Virus record (IMG/VR): IMGVR_UViG_3300035034_002381
Coordinates: 64,001-128,000 of that record
Source of the DNA: a virus
Lineage: Duplodnaviria > Heunggongvirae > Uroviricota > Caudoviricetes
Strand: one strand, 5' to 3'
Length of the DNA: 64,000 bases
Shown here: positions 28,688 to 39,558 of the stretch, one piece after another
Numbering within the stretch: position 1 is the stretch's first letter
How the letters are laid out: each line of letters starts with the position of its first letter
The notes under the pieces: model-generated
Seen by the model: only the letters and a program-made list of their open reading frames with translations
What the model was told of the DNA's origin: nothing
Databases searched by the model: none
Translations under genes and position numbers: made by a program

Positions 28688-28937
28688 AATAACAAAAAAT
28701 ATCAAAACATTTAACGAATTTATCACCTGGACAAATTTGACAACATATTCTTCAAAATCTGAAAATTTTGAAGAATATTTAATATTTTGATATAGATATA
28801 TATTAAAAATAACAAAAAATATGAAAAATATCAAAACATTTAACGAATTTATCACCGAGTCCAGTTTAAATGAAAGCTTCTGGACAAATTTGACAACATA
28901 TTCTTCAAAATCTGAAAATTTTGAAGAATATTTTAAT
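28665..28937 (+). repeat. Imperfect tandem duplication of promoter plus leader-gene 5' end (119 bp and 154 bp copies)
   Basis: Copy 1 (28665-28783) equals copy 2 (28784-28937) minus ATGAAAAAT, minus a 24-nt segment, and minus two single bases. Confidence 0.9.
28795..28802 (+). promoter_or_regulatory. GATATATA candidate late promoter (second copy at 28676-28683)
   Basis: 18 nt before ATG 28821. Confidence 0.55.
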
Positions 28938-29228
28938 GTGGCAGGTGTACCTGGAAGTAGCGTCTCCTTCTTAAAAAAATTACAAACTGAACTAGATTCG
29001 TCTGATAATGAAATTACCCAAGAAATTGTTGATATGATAAAAATGAAACTACCTAAAAGGGATCTTAATATCATAGAATCTAAAAAGGATAAAATGTCAT
29101 CTGATGACATTTGGGAAATGTATGATGAATTAAGAAATACGAGTCCTAAATACGCAGGTCTCGTAGCATTTTATGTATGGATGCATCAAAATATTGGTAA
29201 AACTATACAAGATAGACTTTCATATTAA
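28821..29228 (+). CDS. Leader-bearing protein (MKNIKTFNEFITESSLNES) inserted in the structural block
   Basis: Clear leader with two (I/L)xE sites. Confidence 0.65.
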   Translation: MKNIKTFNEFITESSLNESFWTNLTTYSSKSENFEEYFNVAGVPGSSVSFLKKLQTELDSSDNEITQEIVDMIKMKLPKRDLNIIESKKDKMSSDDIWEMYDELRNTSPKYAGLVAFYVWMHQNIGKTIQDRLSY

Positions 29229-29232
29229 AACT

Positions 29233-32200
29233 ATGACAGATACAAAAAACAGCTTTTCATCAATACTTGCCCAATTTGCAAGACTACAAACCCAGACTCT
29301 AGAAATTTTACAAGGACTTTCTGAGGCAGTGGGTTCTAATTCTGAAAACGTGACTCTCGAATTTTCGACTGCTGATGGAGAAGAAGTTGTTTATCAAATA
29401 CCAAGTTTTGGTTTTATTGAAGCTCAACTAAATAGAATTGATCACACACTAGAACAATTAATGGGACTTGACGGTTCTGACGCAAATATTAGAAGTGCGG
29501 ATGGATCGTTTAAAAAGATTTTAGAATCAAGATTAATCAACTCACCAGATAGAATAACCGGACTTATGGTGCCTGGAGAATTTGAGTATAAAAATAATTG
29601 GTTTTTCGAATCATTTTTAAGTCCTTCTTTATATACTACTGTTAATGTCACACCTTATGTAGATCCTTCAGCAAATAAAATTCTCACAAAGAGAATGATA
29701 TTGAATTTGGAATCTCAGGAAGAAATAGATTATTTCAATGATACTTATAATAATCAAAACAACATTGTCTATGAGGATCTATTGGTAGATTTACAAAACA
29801 GAGGTATTGAGTTTTTTCTTGATGAAACCGTCGAAGATTTACCTTTAGCAGTTATTCGATATGAGGGAACTTTTGATGTATATAAATATGATGATATAGA
29901 TTTTACTAATCCTGACGGATCCATTTCTAAAAGACGAAAATATTTCTTAGATAAGCTAACATATTCCGACGTTTTATCAAACGTGTTGGATACAGTAGAT
30001 TTAAAGGTTAATGATAAAATTGTTATAGGCGAAACGACTTATAAAATAGAAGTAATTGATAAAGATAATAATGCGATAATTCCTAAGAGAATTAGTGGTT
30101 ATGAATCTATTATAGTTGGAGCTGATGTTTTAAGAATTTATTCTGATAAATTCTCAATCAAAGAAGCGCAGATAGGTTTAGGATTTGATGAACATCAGGT
30201 AATTTTCTTTAAATCAGTAGACCCAAATTTTAATGTTGTATCAACTGACTGGTCAGATGGAATCGCATTCTATTCAAACGATCTAATTATTACGACTTCA
30301 AATGGCAATAAATCTCTTGAAGAATTTTATAAATCAGAAGTCGCAGATTTTGGTTTACAATTTATTTCAGCTGCTAAGGATAAACTTATACCAGCTGTCT
30401 ATGGAAATATTCCAGATCCACCTGTTATAGACGAAAATAATTTCGAAGTCACAAGAATAAATGATCATAAATTAGATACTTCTGAGGTTACTAAGATCAA
30501 CAACAAAGCTTCTGATAAACTAAGAATTCAATCGGAAATCTCTGAAATTGAAAAGTCAATTGAGACCAAGAAGGAAGAGCTTTCAAATAAAAAATTCAAC
30601 TCTGAAGCTGAACGAAGAGGTACTAAAAACGATTTAGATTCTTTAACACAAGAAAAAACATCTAAATCTAAACTTTATACATCAACAGTATCAGAATTAG
30701 CTGTGTTATCAAAGGATAAACCAGTAGTTCTAGAAAAACCTAAATACAGAGTTAGAGGATTTTTTGAGTTGCCTGAACCTAAGCAAAACTCACGAACTGG
30801 TGAACAAAACGTTATTCAATTCATTACTGAATATCGATATATTAGAACTGATGGAAGTGCAACAAATTCTAAACAATATGATTTCACAGATTCTCAGGGA
30901 CAAGTAAAAAGAGGTACTTATTCTAATTGGGTAAAACATACATCCGAAATTAGAAAAAAAGAATATGATACACAAACCGGCAAGTATATTTGGGCAACCG
31001 AAGATATTGAAAGCCCGGATATAAATAATGTTAATCAAGTAGACATTCCTATAAGTAAAGGTGAGCAAGTCGAATTGAGAATAAAAAGTGTTTCTGAAGC
31101 TGGTTGGCCAATTAATCCTATAGTTTCAGAATACTCAGCACCTGTCATTATTAGTTTTCCTGAAGATTTATTGGCTGAAGATGAAGCGACCAATGCAATC
31201 AAAGAAGCCAATGACGAAATGATTCGTATTTCATTTCAACAAGAACTTGATGCAAGAGGATTAGATTTACATTTAGCTCGAGCCTTTTCAAGCGGTGAAA
31301 AATATTATGCACATGATACCGAATCAATTGCATCAGGGTTTTTTACTAATGAGGGTAACGTCATTAATTTATTTGAAAAAATTAAGTCTTTAGAAAACGA
31401 ACTTTCTTTATTACGAGCAAAAGTTGAAGATATTCGTGGTGTTCTTAAATTAAGTCTTATAGATAATAATGGTACTAAAATACCAATCAAAAATAACTCG
31501 ACTGTTAATGTCTTTGCAGGTTACTATAAGGATTATATAGATTCTTTACCTGTAGGTGAACAAAAGGGTGCAATTATAACAACTACATATACGCTAGTTT
31601 TAGAAAATGGCGAAAGTAATCCTTTAGAATTAATTTCCAGATTACCTGGTGGAATTGGTGAAAGATTACCAAGTACAATTGATCCTTATGGCAATGCACC
31701 GTCATCTATAAATAATTCGTGGGTTAATGATGCTATAACTCCGCCTGATGCAAACTATAATTCAGCAAGAAGATATGATATTGTACCGATAGTAAACAAT
31801 TCTGTTGATAGTTCTGAGACAAACAACGCCTCAAAAATATCCGCTAACTTTTTACAGTCACAACAATTAATGTCACAATTCATTTATTCAAGATATACCG
31901 ATATTGGATTACGACCAAAATCTGGTGATTTATATTTTGATGCTGCAGGAAAGAGTAGTGAAAGTAGATATTCTGGTATTTATGAACCAAGAAAAAGATC
32001 ATTATTTCCAGTAACTGATTCAGGATTAAATGATGCATCGTTTATTTGGGATTATATAGCAGGTTATGATACAGCTAATGTGCCTATCGGTAATGGTAAA
32101 TTATCCAGATTTTGTATTCATACCTTACATCCATTACTTAATACTGGTTTAAGTATTCCATTTGTTGAATTACAAAATCCTGGATTCACATTATCTGGAT

Positions 32201-32988
32201 TTATTGAAGATGATCTTTATGGAAATATACCATTTTCAAATTCTGAGGAAGTTATTCCTGCGTTTAAACATTCATTGGGTATAAACATTCAAAACATACC
32301 TACAGATTTGGTAGATTCTAAAGAAATCACTAAATTAACTGGTGCCAAAAGAACACAACTTAATTATAGAAATAATTGGAATGAGTTAGGGGAAGATAAA
32401 TGGAAAAACAATTTCTTTGGTGGAGATGAAGTCGATGAAATAACATATCCAATCGCAATCAGCGCCGGAGATTACGACTCTGCTTCAAACAACCAATATA
32501 TTCTACCTGATAAATTTGGTTTTACTGAAAACGATAGATACTTAGTAGGTATTGATACCTGTGGTTCTTATTTATATATGGCTCCGGCGACATTTGATCA
32601 GTTATTGGTAGACGGTACTGACAATAGAGCACTTAAAATATTAGAACAAGGGACAGAAAACGGAATTCAAATTCCGATAGTTTTCCAATTTAGAATGACA
32701 GATTTTCATGGTGAAGGTAATGTCGGTAGTGGAATAATTGGTGGATTTGATCCTTCTTCTAGTTCGCAAATTACAAAAGCAAAAAGCAAAATTAATCTCA
32801 CATACGAAAATACTATCGGTTTAGATATATACACTAAGGATGAAACCACATTCTCGGTAGATCTAAACTTTTCGGTTAAATATAGACGAGAAAGTCTATC
32901 ACAAAAAACTGATTCTGTCGGGAACACAGTATCTAATACCAGACAACAAGTATCAGTTGATAAAAGCCAGATACGTAATTTGAGATAA
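29233..32988 (+). CDS. Large putative virion protein with coiled-coil segment
   Basis: ATG at 29233 in an AAAACT-ATG context is the likely start; heptad-like IQSEISEIEKSIETKKEEL region. Confidence 0.55.
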   Translation: MTDTKNSFSSILAQFARLQTQTLEILQGLSEAVGSNSENVTLEFSTADGEEVVYQIPSFGFIEAQLNRIDHTLEQLMGLDGSDANIRSADGSFKKILESRLINSPDRITGLMVPGEFEYKNNWFFESFLSPSLYTTVNVTPYVDPSANKILTKRMILNLESQEEIDYFNDTYNNQNNIVYEDLLVDLQNRGIEFFLDETVEDLPLAVIRYEGTFDVYKYDDIDFTNPDGSISKRRKYFLDKLTYSDVLSNVLDTVDLKVNDKIVIGETTYKIEVIDKDNNAIIPKRISGYESIIVGADVLRIYSDKFSIKEAQIGLGFDEHQVIFFKSVDPNFNVVSTDWSDGIAFYSNDLIITTSNGNKSLEEFYKSEVADFGLQFISAAKDKLIPAVYGNIPDPPVIDENNFEVTRINDHKLDTSEVTKINNKASDKLRIQSEISEIEKSIETKKEELSNKKFNSEAERRGTKNDLDSLTQEKTSKSKLYTSTVSELAVLSKDKPVVLEKPKYRVRGFFELPEPKQNSRTGEQNVIQFITEYRYIRTDGSATNSKQYDFTDSQGQVKRGTYSNWVKHTSEIRKKEYDTQTGKYIWATEDIESPDINNVNQVDIPISKGEQVELRIKSVSEAGWPINPIVSEYSAPVIISFPEDLLAEDEATNAIKEANDEMIRISFQQELDARGLDLHLARAFSSGEKYYAHDTESIASGFFTNEGNVINLFEKIKSLENELSLLRAKVEDIRGVLKLSLIDNNGTKIPIKNNSTVNVFAGYYKDYIDSLPVGEQKGAIITTTYTLVLENGESNPLELISRLPGGIGERLPSTIDPYGNAPSSINNSWVNDAITPPDANYNSARRYDIVPIVNNSVDSSETNNASKISANFLQSQQLMSQFIYSRYTDIGLRPKSGDLYFDAAGKSSESRYSGIYEPRKRSLFPVTDSGLNDASFIWDYIAGYDTANVPIGNGKLSRFCIHTLHPLLNTGLSIPFVELQNPGFTLSGFIEDDLYGNIPFSNSEEVIPAFKHSLGINIQNIPTDLVDSKEITKLTGAKRTQLNYRNNWNELGEDKWKNNFFGGDEVDEITYPIAISAGDYDSASNNQYILPDKFGFTENDRYLVGIDTCGSYLYMAPATFDQLLVDGTDNRALKILEQGTENGIQIPIVFQFRMTDFHGEGNVGSGIIGGFDPSSSSQITKAKSKINLTYENTIGLDIYTKDETTFSVDLNFSVKYRRESLSQKTDSVGNTVSNTRQQVSVDKSQIRNLR

Positions 32989-32991
32989 TAA

Positions 32992-35900
32992 ATGCCAGAT
33001 TTTACTAAAGATACCAAATGGTATAGTGTTAATTTTTCTAATGAAAACGTTCTTCAAGGACAACAAACACAGTTCCTAAGATTTAAAAATAGAACGCACA
33101 CTTCTGATATAGATAACCCCCGAAAAATTTATATTATGCCTATTGTCGAACTTTTAGGCATGGATGAATCTTTATCGGATGAAGAATTAGCCGAAAAATA
33201 TAGCAATCAAATATTTTTCAATGGGGCCGACATTTTCGATCTTAACACAATATTCAAATCTCCAACCAACTATACATTTCCAGAATCAGAGGGTCTAAAA
33301 GTATTATGGTATGGTGGTCCCAAAAATCATACTGACCCAGAAGATTTTGGGCAATATTTTCCAGATACACAAGCTGGTCTAAACATTGGTATTAATACTA
33401 CTCAATGGATTGGCGCCCCTTTATCAGGACCAGATGGACCGTTTACTACGCCAGGAGAAAAAACTAATTTCAGAATAGATTATAAGGGTGATCTAGATAT
33501 AATTGCCAAGATAACATTTTTTATAACCACTTCTGATCCCACTGAACCAGATTTTTGGGACACATTCCCAGTAATTAGAACTGATATGTCTACTCCTAAA
33601 CAAGGTGACGTTACTAAAAATGGTAGTGAATTTAATTTCTTTGATGGTAGTAACTGGGTATCATTTACAGATTCTACATTAGAAGAACCTATATATGGAA
33701 TTAAGCATTTACATCAAGAAGGATATTATCTACCTACAGGACCCCAAGATCATTGGCATGATTTTCAAGAAGTTTATTTGATAGGATACAAAGTAAATGA
33801 AAATAAACCCAACAGAGATAAATATTGGGTAGAAAAACAACTTGAAAATAAAAAGATATATGATGAGAAATCTTCATATATGTTAATGCGAACTAATCCT
33901 AAACTTTCCGGTAACATAAAATTCGTTATCGATAATGACTCCAATATGTATTTAGATACTATTGAAGCTAACGATGATTTATCAAACACAAAATTCAAAA
34001 GAAATCGAGTAAACGCTAAAGGTAATTACATTTCAGACCTAAAAAAATATTACTCTTCTCTTAATTCTGAAGTAATGTTTGATGTTTTTGAAAAAGATGG
34101 ACAATATCTGAATTCAAAAACGGCATACAAAGATCAATACGATTTTTATTATGGATATGGTGCTAGTCAATTAAAAAGCAAGTTTTATGATGAACATTTC
34201 AGATTATTTGCTCCACTTTGGGTAAAGGACAAACTTCCCGAATTTTTCGTGATATTCAAAGGCGAAGGACCTTACAATCCTGGTACATATGATAATTTTT
34301 CTAAGCAAGAAATTCTCGAAGAGCTTTTCACAAGCTCTAAGATCATTAAAACATATGATCTTAGGGATCAAAGTAATATCGGCACGTATTTATCAACTAT
34401 TACTAAAGACGCCAGATTTAAAAGAGTACCTCTAAATATTAATTATGAAAGTAATACGTTGTCTACATGGAATGGAATAGATTATCGTAAAGGCGTTCTT
34501 GGTGAAAAGGGCGAATATCTTCATGATTTTTTCAAAACAGATAGAGCGATTGTAGACTTTGAAGAATCTGTAACTAATGGATTCCAAAGAAATGGCTTGA
34601 TTTGTCCTAATCTTTTCAATTTTGAATTTTTGTTTTATGACGAATATTCTGATGATTATGATATTAATCGATATTTCGGATTTTATGTTAATGCAATAGA
34701 TTTAGCAAAAACAGAAATTTTTACAGAAGGTTTTTCTAAAATAGCTGAACAAGAACCCAAACCAATATCAGAAGTTGATATTGCCCCATATTCAAGAAAG
34801 GAGTTTAATCAAACTAACCCAGAAGGAATAGTATTGCCTATTGAATATAACCAAGGAGAGTTAATTGGTGAACCTTTAACGCGCGGAAATACTACCGGGA
34901 TTATACCTCTAGATACACACGTACAGGATAAAGCAAGATTCTTTTTTGTTCAGGGTAAAGATAATCAACTTTATAGAATAAACGCAATTAAAGATTATTC
35001 TTTAGGCAACGAAAATGCAAGTAATCAACAAGCATATACAGGAATACAAATATATGATAAGTCTTTTGATATTAGTAATTTCACTGGATTAGTTAGTCTT
35101 AAATCTCAGTTAGATTCAGAATTATTAAACGAAGGTCAAGCTCAATTAGTAATTAATCTACAAAGTTTAGATACAAGAGATTTAATATTTGAAGAAGGTG
35201 AAATTCTTGAATTTGAATATGTTGATATTAATCAAAATTTACAAAAATGGAAATGCAACGCAAATTCTACCGGACTTCAAAAGGGTGATGCATGGAATTA
35301 TCCTGTTTATGATTATTCCAATTTAATTTTTGAAAACAATTTTAATCCTAAAGGTACACCTAACGAAGTTGCTAAATCTTTAGTTAAATGTATTAATACA
35401 TTTGAAAACAACGTTATTTTCGCTTATCAAAACGATAATGAAGTAATTCTTAAAAGTAATTTAGATAATGCTGGCGGAAACGGAATAATCTTTAGAAGAA
35501 AACTTGTACCAAATTCGGTATTTGATAATACTTTAATCTACTCAAAAATACCCAACCGGGATTCTATCTTAAATGAGGATGATAAATCAGTAGATGTGTC
35601 TACTAACGGTGAAGTTCTTTCGTTTACTATGAAAGAACCTTCGCTAAGAAATAATACATACCTACTAAAACTTACAAACGCAGGTCCTGGATATGCAGTA
35701 GTTAATATAACAATCAACGGCGGTTTTTATAAAGAAAAGACTTTAGTTTTAGATGTAACTAAAAAATCTGTGATTTTTTCAGATGATAAATTTGATATCG
35801 AATTTTTATCTGTTGAAACTGATATAAACGGAGATCCTGTTGAAGATATTAATAGTGATTACACATTAGTAGATTATACATTAAATGATGAATGGGAATT

Positions 35901-38900
35901 TTCTTATTCTACACAAATAATTGAACAGCGATTTATTGGTGGTACACAAAGAAATCGTTCACGATGTAAAATTATAACAGAGGATGCTGAAAACATAGAA
36001 AAATTAGAATGGTTTCAGGTACAGAAAAATAAATACTCCAGACTCCAAAATTGGAATGTCCAGGGTCAAGATCTAGTTTACATTTATAATCTAGAAAACG
36101 AGATTTTAGATGAAGGTAATAACATCGTCGGTTATGATAATCTACTTTCACATTCTATAATACAACTTGATGATAACCAAAACGAATTTTATAGATCTTT
36201 AGATAGAAAAATATTAAGTTATGATAACTATAAACCTAGAGTTGGTATGTTATCGTTTTTACCGATTAAAGATTTTGATTTTGATTTAATTCGTTCAGAC
36301 TATGCGTATACACCTTCTGCAGAAATATTCAATTATTTTGATAAAATTTCACTAGGGCCTAACGATGAAAAGGAATTAGATTTAGGTCAATATTATGAAA
36401 TTGAATCAGGTAGTGTTGAGCTTTGGGGATTTAATACTAATTCTGATGAATGGGAAAAAATTCAAGTATCCGAAATAGATGTTTGGTCTGACACTTCTAC
36501 TGATGTGGTCTTTGATCCTGATAATGTAAAAAACTTTAATACTTTACTACCATCATATTATTATGAGTCTGATAAAGATTTATCTGATAAACTTGCAAAT
36601 ACTCCAACAACTAATACTAAAAGTTATTTTTATAGAGTTTATAAAGCATTAGAAAATATCCAGGTATATAGTAAACTTAAAGTTGTTGCTATTGATCCAT
36701 CAGTAATTGGTAAATATTTGTATGCTCAAGATGAAGATCTTAGTAATTTTTCCGGATTCTTAGGTTTAAGTGATTTCTTTTCTATCGAGGACGAAAATAA
36801 ATTACAAGAACTTATTGAAGATGAAGACATCGATAGATTCTTCTTCGGGCAATTATTATCAGAGTATAATCGATTAAGAGAAAACTTTAATAAAAATTAT
36901 GCCGTAAAATCTAGAGTTGTTCCATATATCAATAAATGGGTTAATCCAGGAACAGACTGTAGAGATAATCCATATAGACTAAATAATTCATATGCATTTG
37001 GGTTAACCGGATTTTCACCTGATAACGAAATTAATGAGAAAAATGCAAGCCTGCATACCCACGAATTTTATTATCTTGATGAATTCCCAGAAAATTTTGA
37101 AAACGAGTTTTTAGAAAATTCTAGATCTTACTTTTTTGAAAATATTTCTGATGATAATGTTATAATAGAAGATTCGGTAACTAATTGGTTAAGTTTATTT
37201 AAAGATTCTTCTAACGATTGGTTTATGAAATATTTCTCCGTTGGTTATCCAACTGATAAAAATAAAGAGGGTGAATCTATAGCTAAAAAACTTGAAGAAC
37301 GTTATACATTCATGAATTTTGTGCCTGGGGTTGAAAGATCGCAGTGTATATTCCGTGGGGCTAAAATAGAAGTTGTTGATATTAACCCTGATAATCAACA
37401 AGAAATTCAGTCTTCTAGAAAATATAATGACTATAAATTTTCTTCAATCTTACGCATAAAAACTCTACAAACTGATTCCAATAATGAGTCTCGGAATATT
37501 GAATTTGTTGCTAATGATCAATACAAGACAATTGTGATGATCACTACATTATTTATAGATGACTATAAAATCCAAAACAGTGGATATGGTTATTCATTTT
37601 TATATTCTGCTGAAGATTCCCTTAGAAGTTCAAGTCAGAAGAATGAAAATATGTTGTATGAGAGTAATAGTGGTTATGCTCATTGGAACGATGGAGTCAA
37701 TGATTTAATTGGTGGATTTGAAACACAAAAACATTATAATGCATTCCTAGGTTCTTCAGTTATAGATTTTTCAGATATTAAACTTCCAGGTATTTTTGAC
37801 ATTAATGTTTTTAATAGTACTTTTCCTAAAAATCTTAACGCAGTATCTAACACCGGTACTGAGTTTTCTCCGTTGAATGAAATAAAATCCATTAACGGTA
37901 ATGTTTATAACAAGAGAAATTTTTATAACATCTTAGGCGATAATGAAACTATTATCGACAGTGGAAATGTGCATATAGATTCACTGGAAAGAGGAGAATA
38001 TTCAGAATTTTCTCAGTATATTCCAAACTATCCAAATGATGGTGATGTATATATTGTTAATAATCAACCTGGTTTAGATCAAAATATTGAAATATTAGAA
38101 GATAAGATTATCATAGATCAGAATGCAAATTTAACATATTCCACATCATCAAGAACAAATACTTCAGTCACATTCCCGACTCGAAGAAAGTTCGGTTCAC
38201 CATCATTTGATTTAAACAACAATGATATAAGTCTGTGGTACTTATCAGGTGGAGAAGAATACCTTAATAAAAGAATTTCTACGATTTCCTTTGCAGAAAT
38301 TTTCAATAGTGTAAATTCTGGTGAAGACATTAAATTTGTTTCAATCCATAGTGATGGGTCTACATCAGAAAACAATTATCAAATTAATTTTATTGAATTC
38401 GATAAAATAATAAAAAACAATACATTATCTGTTATCGAAGACATAGATAAGCCTGATCTTTTTATAGAATACGGAATCATAGGATTTGATATTGAAAATA
38501 ATAATACACTAGAATCTGTTTACCGTCATAGAGGAAGATTTGAACCTAAAACACGTAAAATAATTGATTTTTGGGTTAGAGAAAATGAAAGTATGACTAA
38601 TCATTTTGATCGTGACTTTTTATTAAGTAATACAAGAATGTTAATCGAAAATCAATTTGTAGGAGACATTTCAAACTTATATTACACCAAAATATCTGAT
38701 GGTAGTATAGTTAAACTTTCAAATACTTCTAACTACCAATCACTTTATCCATTAGTTGATGAAATTTCTATAGATTTTAAAGATTTTTTCACATTCAATT
38801 CTAACTGGGATAACGATTATTACAATTTTTATCAAGTGAGATATGGTTCAATAAGTAGATCAAAGTATTTTACAATTAATGATAAATTAGAAGGTACTAT

Positions 38901-39522
38901 AGAACTCCAAGAACAAAAATCATTTTTTGGTAGTAAGTTAATGAAAACTCCAAATATTTATGAAGTCGATGAATTTAATTCTTTAGAAATTTCATTTGAA
39001 GTCGAAGAACCTATTATATCTACAGACATTACAGATTTCACCGAACCAATTCGTACACAAGATGGTGGACCGTCAGGTATTGGAATTAATAGAAATAGAT
39101 TTAATGATGGTAAATCAAGGTTAATCATTTCAATTAATACTGATGAAATTTTGACTAGATTAATGTTAGAAAATAATGCGATTAAAGAATTTTTGAAAAT
39201 TAAAAATTCAGGTAAAACTAGATTTGCATCGCTTACTGAAGAAGAACTTATTGAATTATGTAAAGAATATCTACAGAAAAACATACTTAACCTCTTCAAA
39301 ATAGATAAAATATCATTATTCGAAAAGACTGATGCAGTTAATAGGGGCCAAGAAATTTTTAGATTAGACTTATCAGAAAACGAAAAAAGATCTTTGGGAT
39401 ACATTAAAACGCAGAACGTTAATTTAGAAAAACTAAGTTCTTCTGAATATGAACTTATTCAAATATTAGATACGAAAAAATTTATCACTTATTCTATATC
39501 CATAAGTTTTATCAGGATCTAA
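32992..39522 (+). CDS. Very large (2176 aa) putative virion protein
   Basis: Uninterrupted ORF within the structural block. Confidence 0.55.
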   Translation: MPDFTKDTKWYSVNFSNENVLQGQQTQFLRFKNRTHTSDIDNPRKIYIMPIVELLGMDESLSDEELAEKYSNQIFFNGADIFDLNTIFKSPTNYTFPESEGLKVLWYGGPKNHTDPEDFGQYFPDTQAGLNIGINTTQWIGAPLSGPDGPFTTPGEKTNFRIDYKGDLDIIAKITFFITTSDPTEPDFWDTFPVIRTDMSTPKQGDVTKNGSEFNFFDGSNWVSFTDSTLEEPIYGIKHLHQEGYYLPTGPQDHWHDFQEVYLIGYKVNENKPNRDKYWVEKQLENKKIYDEKSSYMLMRTNPKLSGNIKFVIDNDSNMYLDTIEANDDLSNTKFKRNRVNAKGNYISDLKKYYSSLNSEVMFDVFEKDGQYLNSKTAYKDQYDFYYGYGASQLKSKFYDEHFRLFAPLWVKDKLPEFFVIFKGEGPYNPGTYDNFSKQEILEELFTSSKIIKTYDLRDQSNIGTYLSTITKDARFKRVPLNINYESNTLSTWNGIDYRKGVLGEKGEYLHDFFKTDRAIVDFEESVTNGFQRNGLICPNLFNFEFLFYDEYSDDYDINRYFGFYVNAIDLAKTEIFTEGFSKIAEQEPKPISEVDIAPYSRKEFNQTNPEGIVLPIEYNQGELIGEPLTRGNTTGIIPLDTHVQDKARFFFVQGKDNQLYRINAIKDYSLGNENASNQQAYTGIQIYDKSFDISNFTGLVSLKSQLDSELLNEGQAQLVINLQSLDTRDLIFEEGEILEFEYVDINQNLQKWKCNANSTGLQKGDAWNYPVYDYSNLIFENNFNPKGTPNEVAKSLVKCINTFENNVIFAYQNDNEVILKSNLDNAGGNGIIFRRKLVPNSVFDNTLIYSKIPNRDSILNEDDKSVDVSTNGEVLSFTMKEPSLRNNTYLLKLTNAGPGYAVVNITINGGFYKEKTLVLDVTKKSVIFSDDKFDIEFLSVETDINGDPVEDINSDYTLVDYTLNDEWEFSYSTQIIEQRFIGGTQRNRSRCKIITEDAENIEKLEWFQVQKNKYSRLQNWNVQGQDLVYIYNLENEILDEGNNIVGYDNLLSHSIIQLDDNQNEFYRSLDRKILSYDNYKPRVGMLSFLPIKDFDFDLIRSDYAYTPSAEIFNYFDKISLGPNDEKELDLGQYYEIESGSVELWGFNTNSDEWEKIQVSEIDVWSDTSTDVVFDPDNVKNFNTLLPSYYYESDKDLSDKLANTPTTNTKSYFYRVYKALENIQVYSKLKVVAIDPSVIGKYLYAQDEDLSNFSGFLGLSDFFSIEDENKLQELIEDEDIDRFFFGQLLSEYNRLRENFNKNYAVKSRVVPYINKWVNPGTDCRDNPYRLNNSYAFGLTGFSPDNEINEKNASLHTHEFYYLDEFPENFENEFLENSRSYFFENISDDNVIIEDSVTNWLSLFKDSSNDWFMKYFSVGYPTDKNKEGESIAKKLEERYTFMNFVPGVERSQCIFRGAKIEVVDINPDNQQEIQSSRKYNDYKFSSILRIKTLQTDSNNESRNIEFVANDQYKTIVMITTLFIDDYKIQNSGYGYSFLYSAEDSLRSSSQKNENMLYESNSGYAHWNDGVNDLIGGFETQKHYNAFLGSSVIDFSDIKLPGIFDINVFNSTFPKNLNAVSNTGTEFSPLNEIKSINGNVYNKRNFYNILGDNETIIDSGNVHIDSLERGEYSEFSQYIPNYPNDGDVYIVNNQPGLDQNIEILEDKIIIDQNANLTYSTSSRTNTSVTFPTRRKFGSPSFDLNNNDISLWYLSGGEEYLNKRISTISFAEIFNSVNSGEDIKFVSIHSDGSTSENNYQINFIEFDKIIKNNTLSVIEDIDKPDLFIEYGIIGFDIENNNTLESVYRHRGRFEPKTRKIIDFWVRENESMTNHFDRDFLLSNTRMLIENQFVGDISNLYYTKISDGSIVKLSNTSNYQSLYPLVDEISIDFKDFFTFNSNWDNDYYNFYQVRYGSISRSKYFTINDKLEGTIELQEQKSFFGSKLMKTPNIYEVDEFNSLEISFEVEEPIISTDITDFTEPIRTQDGGPSGIGINRNRFNDGKSRLIISINTDEILTRLMLENNAIKEFLKIKNSGKTRFASLTEEELIELCKEYLQKNILNLFKIDKISLFEKTDAVNRGQEIFRLDLSENEKRSLGYIKTQNVNLEKLSSSEYELIQILDTKKFITYSISISFIRI

Positions 39523-39526
39523 TTTT

Positions 39527-39534
39527 GATATATA
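39527..39534 (+). promoter_or_regulatory. GATATATA candidate late promoter
   Basis: Intergenic, 24 nt before ATG 39559. Confidence 0.55.
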
Positions 39535-39558
39535 ACTAAACCCAAATATATTTATCAT

